Translations under genes and position numbers: made by a program
DNA from: a virus
Strand: one strand, 5' to 3'
DNA: 64,000 nucleotides
Virus record (IMG/VR): IMGVR_UViG_3300031857_000053
Location: 32,001-96,000 of that record
Shown: positions 1 to 10,178 of the stretch, in pieces
Position numbering within the stretch: the first letter of the stretch is position 1
Layout of the letters: each line of letters starts with the position of its first letter
Notes under the pieces: model-generated
Told to the model about the DNA's origin: nothing
The model's database searches: none
Seen by the model: only the letters and a program-made list of their open reading frames with translations

Positions 1-2
1 TA

Positions 3-299
3 CTTGTTCCAGATCATGACATGCTCAATGAGTATTATGAATATGGTTTAAAGCAAAGAATTGTTGAGAACCTTATTATGAATGATGATGAAAGAGCTAT
101 GAATAAATTACAGCTTATTGAGCAAAGATATAGAGCTGCTAGAAATTCTGCATTATCTATTGTTAATACTCCTAATTTTTCAGAGTTTAGACAAGTTTGG
201 GAAATGAATAGAAGAGCTCAATATGCTAAGTACTATGACATGTTTAAGAGTTTTCCTCAATTTAGAAATGATTATCGAACATTTAGCAGAAGTGTATAA
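3..299 (+). CDS. C-terminal part of crAss-like tail tubular/ring protein (5'-truncated by window)
   Basis: Frame is open upstream of the Met at 21 (LVPDHDMLNEYYEYGLK). It lies directly before the tail stabilization gene with a TAATG overlap, the usual crAss-like gene order. Confidence 0.6.
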   Translation, partial: LVPDHDMLNEYYEYGLKQRIVENLIMNDDERAMNKLQLIEQRYRAARNSALSIVNTPNFSEFRQVWEMNRRAQYAKYYDMFKSFPQFRNDYRTFSRSV

Positions 300-3200
300 T
301 GGCAAATAACTATCAAAATACCTCGTCTCAAGATCCTAAACAACTTAATAAAAGTTTAAATGAGGATACTGCAAGTTCTAACTTAGATCCTAATTCGTGG
401 ACCCATGCTAGAAATGCTATTACAAATTCTGTAACAGGAGATATTGGAAAGATAGGTAATGAACCAGGAAATCTTTTTTGTAATAAAGCTCCTTATCCTA
501 TTATTGGTGTAGTACATCTTACAGCTGATGAATGGGCAATATATTCTACAGATGATGTGGATTCGGAGATCGGATTCTTTAAAGAGAGCACATGTGAATA
601 TAGAAAAATTGTTAATGATAAATGCTTAAATTTTAATAGAGCTAATCTCATTAAAGGAGTCTCAAGATATACTTCAGATTGTTCTTATAAATTATATTGG
701 GCTGATTCTTTAAATCCAGATAGGATATTAGATATCAATGATATTCCTTATATTCAAATTTGTACCGATGAGTTAGGTGTTAATATTGCTACAGCACCTT
801 CAGGTTATGATCCTATTGGTTGTATCACATGTGTAGATACTCCAGATTTAAATTGTGATAAAATAAGATTAGCTTCTTTAATGACTCCTCCTTGTGTAAA
901 AGTTTCAAAAGGAGCTGGTGGAGGAAGTTTACTTAATGGAACTTATATAGTTTCAATAGCTTATTCAGTAAACGGTCAAAAGTTAACTGATTATTTTATG
1001 CCTTCTAATCAGCAACCTTTATTTGAACATGATAATATTGCGGGATCAATTGATATAATAGTTGAATCTATTGATAGAGTAAATTTTGAAGAATTTGAAC
1101 TTGTACTTATATCAATAATTAATCAGCAAACAGTAGCAAGAAAAGTTGGTACTTATAGTACTCGACAAAATTTAATTACTTTAGATGCTATAAGAGATAC
1201 ATGGCCAATAGTTCCTTTATCAGATGTTTCTTTAAGATCTATTGTTTATGAAAAAAGTGATGGAATATTTAATGCTAGTGATTATTTGTTAAGAGTTGGT
1301 CCAAGAAGTAAATTTGATTTTAACTATCAACCTTTAGCTAATCAAATTGTAACTAAGTGGACAGCTGTAGAATATCCTGCTTCTTATTATGTAAATGGTG
1401 GATCTAATACTGGTTACATGAGAGATGAAGTTTATTCATTTTTTATTAGATGGGTTTATGATACAGGAGATAAATCTTCCTCTTATCATATTCCTGGTAG
1501 ACCTCATTTAAATTTTGCTACATTAGGTTATGATGAAACAGCAATTCAAAATACAGATGCTTTACCAGATGAGGCTGGATTTAATTTTACATGGTTAGTA
1601 CAAAATACAGCTACTCATGAATTACCTTTTACACCTACTGTACTTTCTGATGGTGGAGTAGAAGTAGCTAGTGGATATATGGGTTATTGGGAATCTACAG
1701 AAGAGTATCCGGATAATAATCCTGATATGTGGAATGCAAGTGCACATTGTTGGTCATCTTTAAATCCTAGTTCATCTTGTCCAGTAGTACCTGTACCAAT
1801 TATTCCTTATAGTGGTACTCAAATTGATGATTATGATTTATGTGGAGAAAAAATTAGACATCATAGATTTCCAGATAATTTTATAAATGATGCATCTAAC
1901 ACTTTTTCAGATGGTAGTGCTAATCATTTTAATACTAACTCTCCTTATTTTAATGGTGAGGCTGCTATTAGAATTATGGGAGTAAAGTTTGAAAACATTA
2001 TACAACCTAAAGATAACGATGGAAATACTATTAGTGGTATTATTGGTTTCGAGATTCTTCGTGGTACTCGGCAGGGGAATCGCAGCGTGTTGGCGAAAGG
2101 TATCATCAATAATATGGGCGAATACCAAATAGAAAATTTCACTTATCCCGGTTCTAGATTAGGATTATATCCTAACTATCCATATAATGATGTTAGACCA
2201 GATCCTTTTCTTTCAACTACAAAAACTAGAAATACTCCTTGTCTTTTTGGAGCAGGTGGTGAAGTTGATTATAATGCTCAACAAACTTTTAGAAAAGATA
2301 TTTTTTCTTTTCACTCTCCAGATACAAACTTTTTTAAACCTTATCTTTCAGGTAAAGAATTAAAAATATATGAAGAGTTTAGAGGAACTGCTTTAGGTAA
2401 ATTTGAGTTTTCTGAAAAACATCCTAAGCTTAAATTACTTTCTAATAATGGTATAGTATTATCAACTGTATTAGGTATTGCTCTTGGAACAAAGAAAACA
2501 AATGGTGAAAGAAGATACACATGGAAAGGTGGTAATATACCAGGAGTAGTAACAGGAGGAGTAGAAGTAGCAACAGCAGGACTTTCTGATTTACTTCAAC
2601 CACTTTTAGTACCAATTTGGACAGCAGGTAGAACTGCAGCAGCAACTTATCAAGCAGCTGTTGATACAGCTAATAGTACAACTCTAGGTGCTACAGCTGC
2701 AACTTTTGTTGCTAACTTAATTGGTCAATCTTCAAATTTTATATTTAATTCAGGAGTTAGTACAGCTACAATACCAGCTTTTGCTAATTTTTTATCAGAT
2801 TCTCCATATAGAGAATATGAAACTGATTTTGGTGATTTAGATTATCAAAATGGTATATTAGCATTTGCTCAAGGAGCCTTTCAAACTATTTATAATATTA
2901 CTCAATCAGCAGATGTTACTTTAGATCTTATACGAGCTATGATAAGATTTAGAGATTATGCTCTTAAATATAATTCTCATTGTTTATATGATTTTGCAGT
3001 ACCTCCTCCAGGACCTAATAGTAGAAGAAAACAAATTTTAAATCAACAATATACTGGTCCTCAATTAACAGATTTCTCATCTGATTTTACTATTAATAAT
3101 TTATATCGAACTACACATGTTAGTATAGAAATTAATGGTGATTTTCCATTTCCAACTGGAGATAATACAAGACAAAAAGCAAGTGATGTTGCTGATCTTA

Positions 3201-5452
3201 GTGATACAGATGATATAACAAATGGTGTTGATGTATTAAAAGATCCTACTAAATCATCTTTTAAAACTAATTCATCTTGTTTTTATGTAGGATATAAACA
3301 AAGAATAAGAAATCAATATGGCCAAATAGATTCTATTATACAAGTTCCAGTTTCAGTTTGTCCTGTAGTATATGATCCTACAGTTGTAACGGGAAGATTA
3401 ACTAGTAATCAATTATTTAATGGTGATATTTATATAGGTCGATATACAGAAAAAAATACTTTCTTCTTTTTCTATGAGTGGTTATATGATGAGCCAGATG
3501 GATTTGAATATAATTATCTTGCTCATCGAATGTTACCATTTCCTCGTTATTGGTTAGATAGTCAAAAATATGAGATGTCAAATTTCTTTACAGGACTTAT
3601 TGATCAACTTATGGCAGGAACTTTTAATTTTGCTGCAGCATTACCTAGTGGGTTATATAATCTTGATGGTCCTAGTTGTGGAATATTTACTGGTCCATTA
3701 GGAGCAAAATTAAGATTTGGTGTAGCCTATAGTTACTTCTATCTTTTTAATTCAGGGATCAGAGACTTCTATGTAGAGACTGATATCAATATTGCTCTTC
3801 GTGATTGGGGAGAATTAGATACACAAAAGCATTATCCAATTTTAGATGTTAAAACAATATTTGACACTAATATTATTAAGTCCGGTAATTACTTTAAATA
3901 CGATAGAAGCTTAAGTATAGCTAGTAGCTATATAAATTATATTTCTTGGGGTAATACTCAACCTCGAGATTATAATGCGGAAATAGCAGAGAACTGTTAT
4001 GTTTATGATCCTAATCAAATTATTTATTCATTACCGGCACAACTAGAAAGTAAAAGAGATAACTGGCTATTCTTCCTTGTAAACAATTACAAGAAGTTTT
4101 TATCTAGACCAGTATCTATCAAGCCTATTAATAAAAATGGGGTGATGATATTCTTTTACAATGAGAGTCCTGTTCAGTTCTTAGGAGTAGATCAACTTCA
4201 AACTGATGCGGGAACAAAACTTACAATAGGGGATGGTGGATTATTTTCACAACCACAACAAAACATAGTTAGCTCAGATAGACCATATGAGTATGGATCT
4301 TGTCAAGATGGATTAAGTATAAGTAATACCCCAGCTGGTATTTTTTGGGTATCCCAGAATCAAGGTAAGATATTTAAGATGCAGAATGGTATAGAAGAGA
4401 TAACACTGAAAGATCTTAAGTGGTGGTTTGCAGCTTACCTTCCATATCAACTAGTACTAGAGTTTCCTAACTTTGAATTAATAGATAACCCAGTGATTGG
4501 TATCGGGTGTCAATCGGTCTATGACAATGAGTCGATGATAGTATATTTTACCAAGAGAGATTTTGTCAAGAAGCGAGATCTTCCTGATGGCACTACTTTA
4601 ACATATGTGGACAAGGACAACTTCTTGGTTAATCAGTTTCTTCCTGTTAAGCTTGGTGATCCTACTTATTTTGAGGATGCTTCATGGACTGTGTCTTATG
4701 ATATTAAAACTGAGAGTTGGGTTAGTTGGCACGATTGGCATCCTAATCTCTTTATCCCTGGTAAGAACACCTTCATCTCTATAAAGAATACTACTACCGA
4801 TCCGAACTTTGCTAATGGAATGTGGATACACAATAAGCGTTGTGATTTGTATTGTAACTATTATGGTGATAACTTTCCTTTTGAGATTGAGTATGTTGTG
4901 AATACTGGTGTAACAATAAATACATTGCGCAGTATTGAGTATATGATGGAAGTATTTAGATACGGTGATAATTGTTATGATAGATTCCATGTTTTAGATT
5001 TCAACTTTGATGATGCTGTGATTTATAATACTGAGCAGTGTTCCGGTTTATTAAAACTTAATCTTACTCCAAAGAATAATGCTCCATTGATTATTCAGTA
5101 TCCACAGATAACTCCTAATAATATTCAGATACTTTTTTCTAAAGAGGAGAATAAATTTAGGTTTAATCAATTCTGGGATATTACTGACTCGAGAGGAGAG
5201 TTTCCTATTGGATCTCCTTATCCTCCGATATCAATGGTTGGTACTTTTGCTGAAAGATTAATTTGGAATACCGCTGTAAATGGTTATATTAGAACTTTAA
5301 ATCCTAATAATTTGAACTATAATAAAAATGAATTAGAGCGGAAGAAGTTTAGACACTATTCTAATTATGTATTTTTACGTAGAAATATTAGCGGAAATAG
5401 AAAGATGCTATTTATGGTAGCTACAAATAAAAACTTATATTCACCACGATAA
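299..5452 (+). CDS. Tail stabilization / muzzle protein (P22 gp10-like, crAss-like), 1717 aa
   Basis: Recognised crAss-like motifs GYMRDEVYSFFIRW, MGYWESTEEYP, LCGEKIRHHRFPD, WTVSY..W.SWHDWHP, FRFNQFWD. Beta-rich and Cys-rich; located between the ring protein and cargo genes. Confidence 0.8.
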   Translation: MANNYQNTSSQDPKQLNKSLNEDTASSNLDPNSWTHARNAITNSVTGDIGKIGNEPGNLFCNKAPYPIIGVVHLTADEWAIYSTDDVDSEIGFFKESTCEYRKIVNDKCLNFNRANLIKGVSRYTSDCSYKLYWADSLNPDRILDINDIPYIQICTDELGVNIATAPSGYDPIGCITCVDTPDLNCDKIRLASLMTPPCVKVSKGAGGGSLLNGTYIVSIAYSVNGQKLTDYFMPSNQQPLFEHDNIAGSIDIIVESIDRVNFEEFELVLISIINQQTVARKVGTYSTRQNLITLDAIRDTWPIVPLSDVSLRSIVYEKSDGIFNASDYLLRVGPRSKFDFNYQPLANQIVTKWTAVEYPASYYVNGGSNTGYMRDEVYSFFIRWVYDTGDKSSSYHIPGRPHLNFATLGYDETAIQNTDALPDEAGFNFTWLVQNTATHELPFTPTVLSDGGVEVASGYMGYWESTEEYPDNNPDMWNASAHCWSSLNPSSSCPVVPVPIIPYSGTQIDDYDLCGEKIRHHRFPDNFINDASNTFSDGSANHFNTNSPYFNGEAAIRIMGVKFENIIQPKDNDGNTISGIIGFEILRGTRQGNRSVLAKGIINNMGEYQIENFTYPGSRLGLYPNYPYNDVRPDPFLSTTKTRNTPCLFGAGGEVDYNAQQTFRKDIFSFHSPDTNFFKPYLSGKELKIYEEFRGTALGKFEFSEKHPKLKLLSNNGIVLSTVLGIALGTKKTNGERRYTWKGGNIPGVVTGGVEVATAGLSDLLQPLLVPIWTAGRTAAATYQAAVDTANSTTLGATAATFVANLIGQSSNFIFNSGVSTATIPAFANFLSDSPYREYETDFGDLDYQNGILAFAQGAFQTIYNITQSADVTLDLIRAMIRFRDYALKYNSHCLYDFAVPPPGPNSRRKQILNQQYTGPQLTDFSSDFTINNLYRTTHVSIEINGDFPFPTGDNTRQKASDVADLSDTDDITNGVDVLKDPTKSSFKTNSSCFYVGYKQRIRNQYGQIDSIIQVPVSVCPVVYDPTVVTGRLTSNQLFNGDIYIGRYTEKNTFFFFYEWLYDEPDGFEYNYLAHRMLPFPRYWLDSQKYEMSNFFTGLIDQLMAGTFNFAAALPSGLYNLDGPSCGIFTGPLGAKLRFGVAYSYFYLFNSGIRDFYVETDINIALRDWGELDTQKHYPILDVKTIFDTNIIKSGNYFKYDRSLSIASSYINYISWGNTQPRDYNAEIAENCYVYDPNQIIYSLPAQLESKRDNWLFFLVNNYKKFLSRPVSIKPINKNGVMIFFYNESPVQFLGVDQLQTDAGTKLTIGDGGLFSQPQQNIVSSDRPYEYGSCQDGLSISNTPAGIFWVSQNQGKIFKMQNGIEEITLKDLKWWFAAYLPYQLVLEFPNFELIDNPVIGIGCQSVYDNESMIVYFTKRDFVKKRDLPDGTTLTYVDKDNFLVNQFLPVKLGDPTYFEDASWTVSYDIKTESWVSWHDWHPNLFIPGKNTFISIKNTTTDPNFANGMWIHNKRCDLYCNYYGDNFPFEIEYVVNTGVTINTLRSIEYMMEVFRYGDNCYDRFHVLDFNFDDAVIYNTEQCSGLLKLNLTPKNNAPLIIQYPQITPNNIQILFSKEENKFRFNQFWDITDSRGEFPIGSPYPPISMVGTFAERLIWNTAVNGYIRTLNPNNLNYNKNELERKKFRHYSNYVFLRRNISGNRKMLFMVATNKNLYSPR

Positions 5453-8400
5453 TGGGCTATAATAGTAAAGAGTTAAAAGTTAAATCTACGGCTAAGAAAC
5501 TTGCTAAGCCTAAAGACGCTATTGTTTCTCAGGATGGCCAATATAAATATACTGGACAGATTACTAAGATTTTAGGTAATCAATTTGGGACTCCAATTAC
5601 TATGGAAGGAATTTCTTATCCTTTACGTGGAAAAGATAATCTAGGTAATACACAGATGATGTATCCAGGAGCAGAGTATTTTTTTCCAGGTTCTAGTGTT
5701 ACAGAATATCCAATGAAAAGACAGTTAGGAGGTCCTACTCCACCAGAAGATTGGGAAGCTTTTTTAGCATATAATATTACTGCTCCTGAGAATAGACAAG
5801 CTCGTGAAGATTGGACTTATGGAGATCCTAATCAGTATGATCATTACGGGATGTGGGATGCTTTAGGTAAACCTAGTAATTTTGAAGAGGCTTTAAAAAA
5901 CAATCCCGATTGGACACTTAATGAATATGATGATTCGTATCATGGATTTAGTGTTAATCCTAATACTGGTGTTTGGCTTAAAAATTATCAACCAGGAGAA
6001 GGAGTTGCTCCAGGTAGTACAGCATGGATGGAAGCTAATCAACATTATCTTAATCCGGAATCCTATAATAATTTTGATCTTGTTTATGATCCAGAGCTTC
6101 AGAGAATGAGATATATTTCTAAACAAAAAAGAGGTGGATTTATTCCTATTGCTCAAAAGGGTATGCAATCAGAGTCTGGTACATATGTTCAAGTAGATAC
6201 ACCAGAAGGAGTTAAAACTTTAAATACAGATAGTGATGAATATAGAAAATATTATGCTAATCTTTATAGACAAGTAGGTGATGTATTTGAAGCACCAAAC
6301 ATGTTACCTGAAGCTACAGTTACTTCAACAGCAACTAATGCAGTATTGACTCCAGAAGAATTAGCTTATGTATTAGAGACAAGTCCTTCTGTAGATAGAA
6401 ACTCTTTTAGACCAGCTTATGGAGAAGAAGATATTGATCCAGGAATTGGTTATGGAACTCCACAGTGGCAAAGAAGTGGTTCTCAAAGATACCCTAATTG
6501 GGATAGTCTTACTAAAGAAGAAAAAAGACTTATAACTGATTCTGGTTCTATAGGTAGAAGTATTAGAAGTAAAGCAGGTTTTGGAAAAGATTATTATAAA
6601 AAAAATGAGGATGAATCTTTGTTAGGTGCCGCATCAGGTTTAGCACGTTTTATTTATGAAACAAGTCCTTTATCTGCAATTCAAAGAAGAGTATCTGATC
6701 CAATAGGAACACTTGAAGGTTTATATCAAACAGGTGCTGATATTTTAGGATCTGGTATTGCTGCATTAGATTATTCTTTAGGAAGTGGTCAAGGATTCTC
6801 AGGAATTAATCCACTAACAGGAGTAAATTATGGAGAAGGATTAGATGAAGTATTAGATATTGCGGATATTATTCCAGCAGGAGCAATATTTAAAAAAGGA
6901 TATGATGTTAAAAATTTAGTTAAAAGTATAAAAACTGCTGATAATACAATACGTAAAGAAGGTGAAAAATTTGTAAATAGATTGTTATCTCCAGAAGGTC
7001 AAAAAAGATTAAAGAATCAATTTGCAAAAGCAGACCCTACTTTAAATGATAGACAATTAGATTGGTTAGTACAAACAAGAATAAATGAAATAAATGCAGC
7101 AACTGAATATAATCAGGCTAGAGCTCTGGCTACAATTTCAGAAACAGATCCAAAAATTTTAAAAAATAAAGCTATGGTTGAGCATTTTATGCCTAATCAA
7201 AATGCTCATTTTAGTAGAAAACAAGTTTTTGATATAAAAAATGTTGAAGCACCACCTGATTTATTTCCTATAAATAGTACTATTACTAATCTTGATGATC
7301 AATATGGAGACTTTCTTAATCCAAATTTTGAACCAGGAACTATTGCACTTGGAAGTGGATTTGAAACAAATAAAGGTGTAGCTCGTCATGAAATAGGACA
7401 TAGTATTCAAAAAGGAAAAATGCCAATAGATTATGATTTATTAGAAATGATAAAATCTAAAAATCTTGCAGATAAAGCTTGGCGACTAGCTCTTACACGT
7501 CAATCAAAAGGTGATTTAGATTATTTTGAAAATGCTGGTGGTAGAAGTTTAACAAATGAAGCTTATCCTTTTGAAGAAGAACTTAGAAATAGACTATTAA
7601 ATAGAGGTATTATTAAAGATGATTATCAAACAATAACTCCTTGGATGCTTGCTAAAGCTAGATTAGATGCTCTTACTCAATTAAGTTCTACTGGTAAAAA
7701 TTTTAAAGAAGGAACTAGACTTTTAAAATTTACACCTCCTTGGAAATATAAAGAATTAGCAAGATTAATGAATGAAGCTCCTGGATTAATTCCAACAACA
7801 ATAGGAGCTGGAGTATTAGGTGCTGAAGCTTTACAAGAAGAAAAATACGGTGGTGGATTTAAAGATTTAAATTTTAATGAAGAAGATTATATGAAAAAAG
7901 GTGGCTCAAAAAAATTAAAAATAAATAGTAAATTTACAAACAAAAATATACAATCAAGTATCAACGAGTTGTTTAAAAGAAATGAGACGCTATTTGGTCC
8001 AAAGGGTAAAAAATATTACAAGCCTTTTGCAGAAGGTGGGTCAACAAATAATACTAATATGAAAAAGTTAACTGATAAAGAAATTGCATTTCCTCAACAA
8101 CCAACCGCTGCTGAGTTTTATGCTAGAGGTTTTGTACCTAATAGTCCTGTAGGATTCTATCGTCAAGGTGGGATGTCACCTGCAGAGGCATATCCACAAC
8201 AACCACCTGCGGATATGTTCTTTAGTGGTTATCCTTTTCAACCTCAGTATATGAGAGGTGGTATGACAAATGGAATAGCTTTTCCACAACAACCTACTGC
8301 TGAATATTTCTTTAGTGGATTTCCTTGGGAATCTAAATATGAAACAGGAGGACCTAGTTCTAGTGCTCCTCAAGATATGAATTCTATAGATGCTCAAATA

Positions 8401-10176
8401 GGAAATAAAAAAAATAATCTTTTGAAATTTTTACAAAGTAATGCTATGAAAGCTATTGCTAGAGAAGAAGCTCAAAAGGTAAAACAACAGATGATGCCGC
8501 GGATAAAAAACTATTTTAATGAAGGTGGATATTTTGATCAAGCAAAACCAGTATATGAGAAAGATCCTTATATACAAAAAAAGATGAATGTTTATCAAAC
8601 TATGGCAGATGATTCAATGGCTGGTTTAAAATCAGGTATACCACAACTTGGTTTAGATATTTCTGAACCATTGGGTAATGTTTTTGATAAACCACAAGAA
8701 AAAGAAAAAATAGTAAGTGATCAATATACAGGCACAGGTCCTAATGTTTCTACAGAAACACCTTATAAAGGAACTGAAGTTGAAGTTAATCCAAGTGCAG
8801 GAAACTTTGATTGGAATAGTCCCGGTGGATTTGCTTATGGTGGATATCCGTCATACGCACCAGGAGGTGAATGGACATGGGCTGATGAGTGGGAACAAAA
8901 AGATAGACAATCAAAATTAAGAAGTGCACTAGAAGAAAAAATGGGTGTAGCTTTAAATAAAGATATGTCTTATGATGATTTAGTAGCTATGGGTGTTAAA
9001 GAAAATATCATTAAAATGAGTGATATTAATCAAGGAACACAAGCTGGAAATCTTTATCCAGTATCTAGAAGAGGTATTGGATCTGATGGATATGGAGGTT
9101 ATAGATATAATTTTAGAGTTAGAGGAAATAGTTCAAATCCTATATTTTCAAATATAAATCAAGGAACAGGATATCCTAATATGAGTAATCTTACTCCAGA
9201 GCAACAAGCAGCAATGAAAAAAGAATATGCTGATATGGGATTTGATCTTGAGTATTCAGAAAAGAAAGGTTTATTACGTGATGCATTAGGATTAGGTCCT
9301 CGTGTAAAAAAACTTAAAATTACTAAAAGACCTGGTGCTGATAGCGGAAGTAGTTCAAGTATTTCAGGTCGTGAAAAAAATTCTGCTGATTATGATTTAC
9401 CTGTTACTATAGATTATTCAGTATTCCCAAAACAAGAACCAGTATATGATGCTTCTTGGAATACAGCAGAATATTTAGGTCCAGGATGGAAACTAAAAGC
9501 AGAAAAAGAACAACAAAAAAGAGAAATAGAAAAAAAATTACAAAAAATAGAAGCAGCAAAAAGACCTAATTTTTTAGGTTTAAGTAATGCAGCTTCTACT
9601 GTTCCAACAGTATATAATCCTTATCCAGTAAGTACTGCAGCTGATGAACCTTTAAATTTTAATATTGATCCTTCTTTAGAACAAGCAGCAGAAGAAAATG
9701 CTGTTATGCCAAATCAAAAATATGGTGGAGGATTTAATAATCAAGGATTAAAAAGATTCTTTCCAGGTGGTGTTAATAGAGCTGATAAATTGGTAATCAC
9801 TGAAAGAGGACCTAGTATTTTTAATCCTTATGCTACTGAAGCTATTATGCAAGGTCTTACTGGTGTTTTAAATAATGCTCAACAGCGTAAAGCTTCTCAA
9901 GCAATGTTAGCTGGTTTACAAGGAGCTGATGCTACTTTTGTAAAAGATCAACCATATGATCTAGGTAAAAATACTATTAATGAACATAGGTTTGATCCAT
10001 ACAGAGAAGGTGCTAAAACTACAGGTATACAATCTTTTATGGATGCTAATATTAATCCAGGAATACAACAAAGTAAATATGGTGGACAAGGTCAAGATGC
10101 AGAATATATTTATATGACTGAAGAAGATATTAATAACTTCATGGCTATGGGTGGAACATTAGAAATATTTGAATAA
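5452..10176 (+). CDS. Virion cargo/internal protein with many xxGG motifs and an HExxH zincin-like module, 1574 aa
   Basis: N-terminal ITMEGISYPL.G.DNLG...MMYPG.EY.FPG motif typical of crAss-like cargo proteins. HEIGH at 7387-7401; about 14 xxGG motifs; no Cys seen. Confidence 0.65.
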   Translation: MGYNSKELKVKSTAKKLAKPKDAIVSQDGQYKYTGQITKILGNQFGTPITMEGISYPLRGKDNLGNTQMMYPGAEYFFPGSSVTEYPMKRQLGGPTPPEDWEAFLAYNITAPENRQAREDWTYGDPNQYDHYGMWDALGKPSNFEEALKNNPDWTLNEYDDSYHGFSVNPNTGVWLKNYQPGEGVAPGSTAWMEANQHYLNPESYNNFDLVYDPELQRMRYISKQKRGGFIPIAQKGMQSESGTYVQVDTPEGVKTLNTDSDEYRKYYANLYRQVGDVFEAPNMLPEATVTSTATNAVLTPEELAYVLETSPSVDRNSFRPAYGEEDIDPGIGYGTPQWQRSGSQRYPNWDSLTKEEKRLITDSGSIGRSIRSKAGFGKDYYKKNEDESLLGAASGLARFIYETSPLSAIQRRVSDPIGTLEGLYQTGADILGSGIAALDYSLGSGQGFSGINPLTGVNYGEGLDEVLDIADIIPAGAIFKKGYDVKNLVKSIKTADNTIRKEGEKFVNRLLSPEGQKRLKNQFAKADPTLNDRQLDWLVQTRINEINAATEYNQARALATISETDPKILKNKAMVEHFMPNQNAHFSRKQVFDIKNVEAPPDLFPINSTITNLDDQYGDFLNPNFEPGTIALGSGFETNKGVARHEIGHSIQKGKMPIDYDLLEMIKSKNLADKAWRLALTRQSKGDLDYFENAGGRSLTNEAYPFEEELRNRLLNRGIIKDDYQTITPWMLAKARLDALTQLSSTGKNFKEGTRLLKFTPPWKYKELARLMNEAPGLIPTTIGAGVLGAEALQEEKYGGGFKDLNFNEEDYMKKGGSKKLKINSKFTNKNIQSSINELFKRNETLFGPKGKKYYKPFAEGGSTNNTNMKKLTDKEIAFPQQPTAAEFYARGFVPNSPVGFYRQGGMSPAEAYPQQPPADMFFSGYPFQPQYMRGGMTNGIAFPQQPTAEYFFSGFPWESKYETGGPSSSAPQDMNSIDAQIGNKKNNLLKFLQSNAMKAIAREEAQKVKQQMMPRIKNYFNEGGYFDQAKPVYEKDPYIQKKMNVYQTMADDSMAGLKSGIPQLGLDISEPLGNVFDKPQEKEKIVSDQYTGTGPNVSTETPYKGTEVEVNPSAGNFDWNSPGGFAYGGYPSYAPGGEWTWADEWEQKDRQSKLRSALEEKMGVALNKDMSYDDLVAMGVKENIIKMSDINQGTQAGNLYPVSRRGIGSDGYGGYRYNFRVRGNSSNPIFSNINQGTGYPNMSNLTPEQQAAMKKEYADMGFDLEYSEKKGLLRDALGLGPRVKKLKITKRPGADSGSSSSISGREKNSADYDLPVTIDYSVFPKQEPVYDASWNTAEYLGPGWKLKAEKEQQKREIEKKLQKIEAAKRPNFLGLSNAASTVPTVYNPYPVSTAADEPLNFNIDPSLEQAAEENAVMPNQKYGGGFNNQGLKRFFPGGVNRADKLVITERGPSIFNPYATEAIMQGLTGVLNNAQQRKASQAMLAGLQGADATFVKDQPYDLGKNTINEHRFDPYREGAKTTGIQSFMDANINPGIQQSKYGGQGQDAEYIYMTEEDINNFMAMGGTLEIFE
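8083..8352 (+). repeat. Three imperfect ~30-aa tandem repeats (A[FY]PQQP.A..F..G[FY]...GG)
   Basis: PQQP starts at 8092, 8194 and 8284. The closing RQGG/MRGG/ETGG motifs start at 8161, 8251 and 8341 (90-nt period). Confidence 0.85.
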
Positions 10177-10178
10177 TT

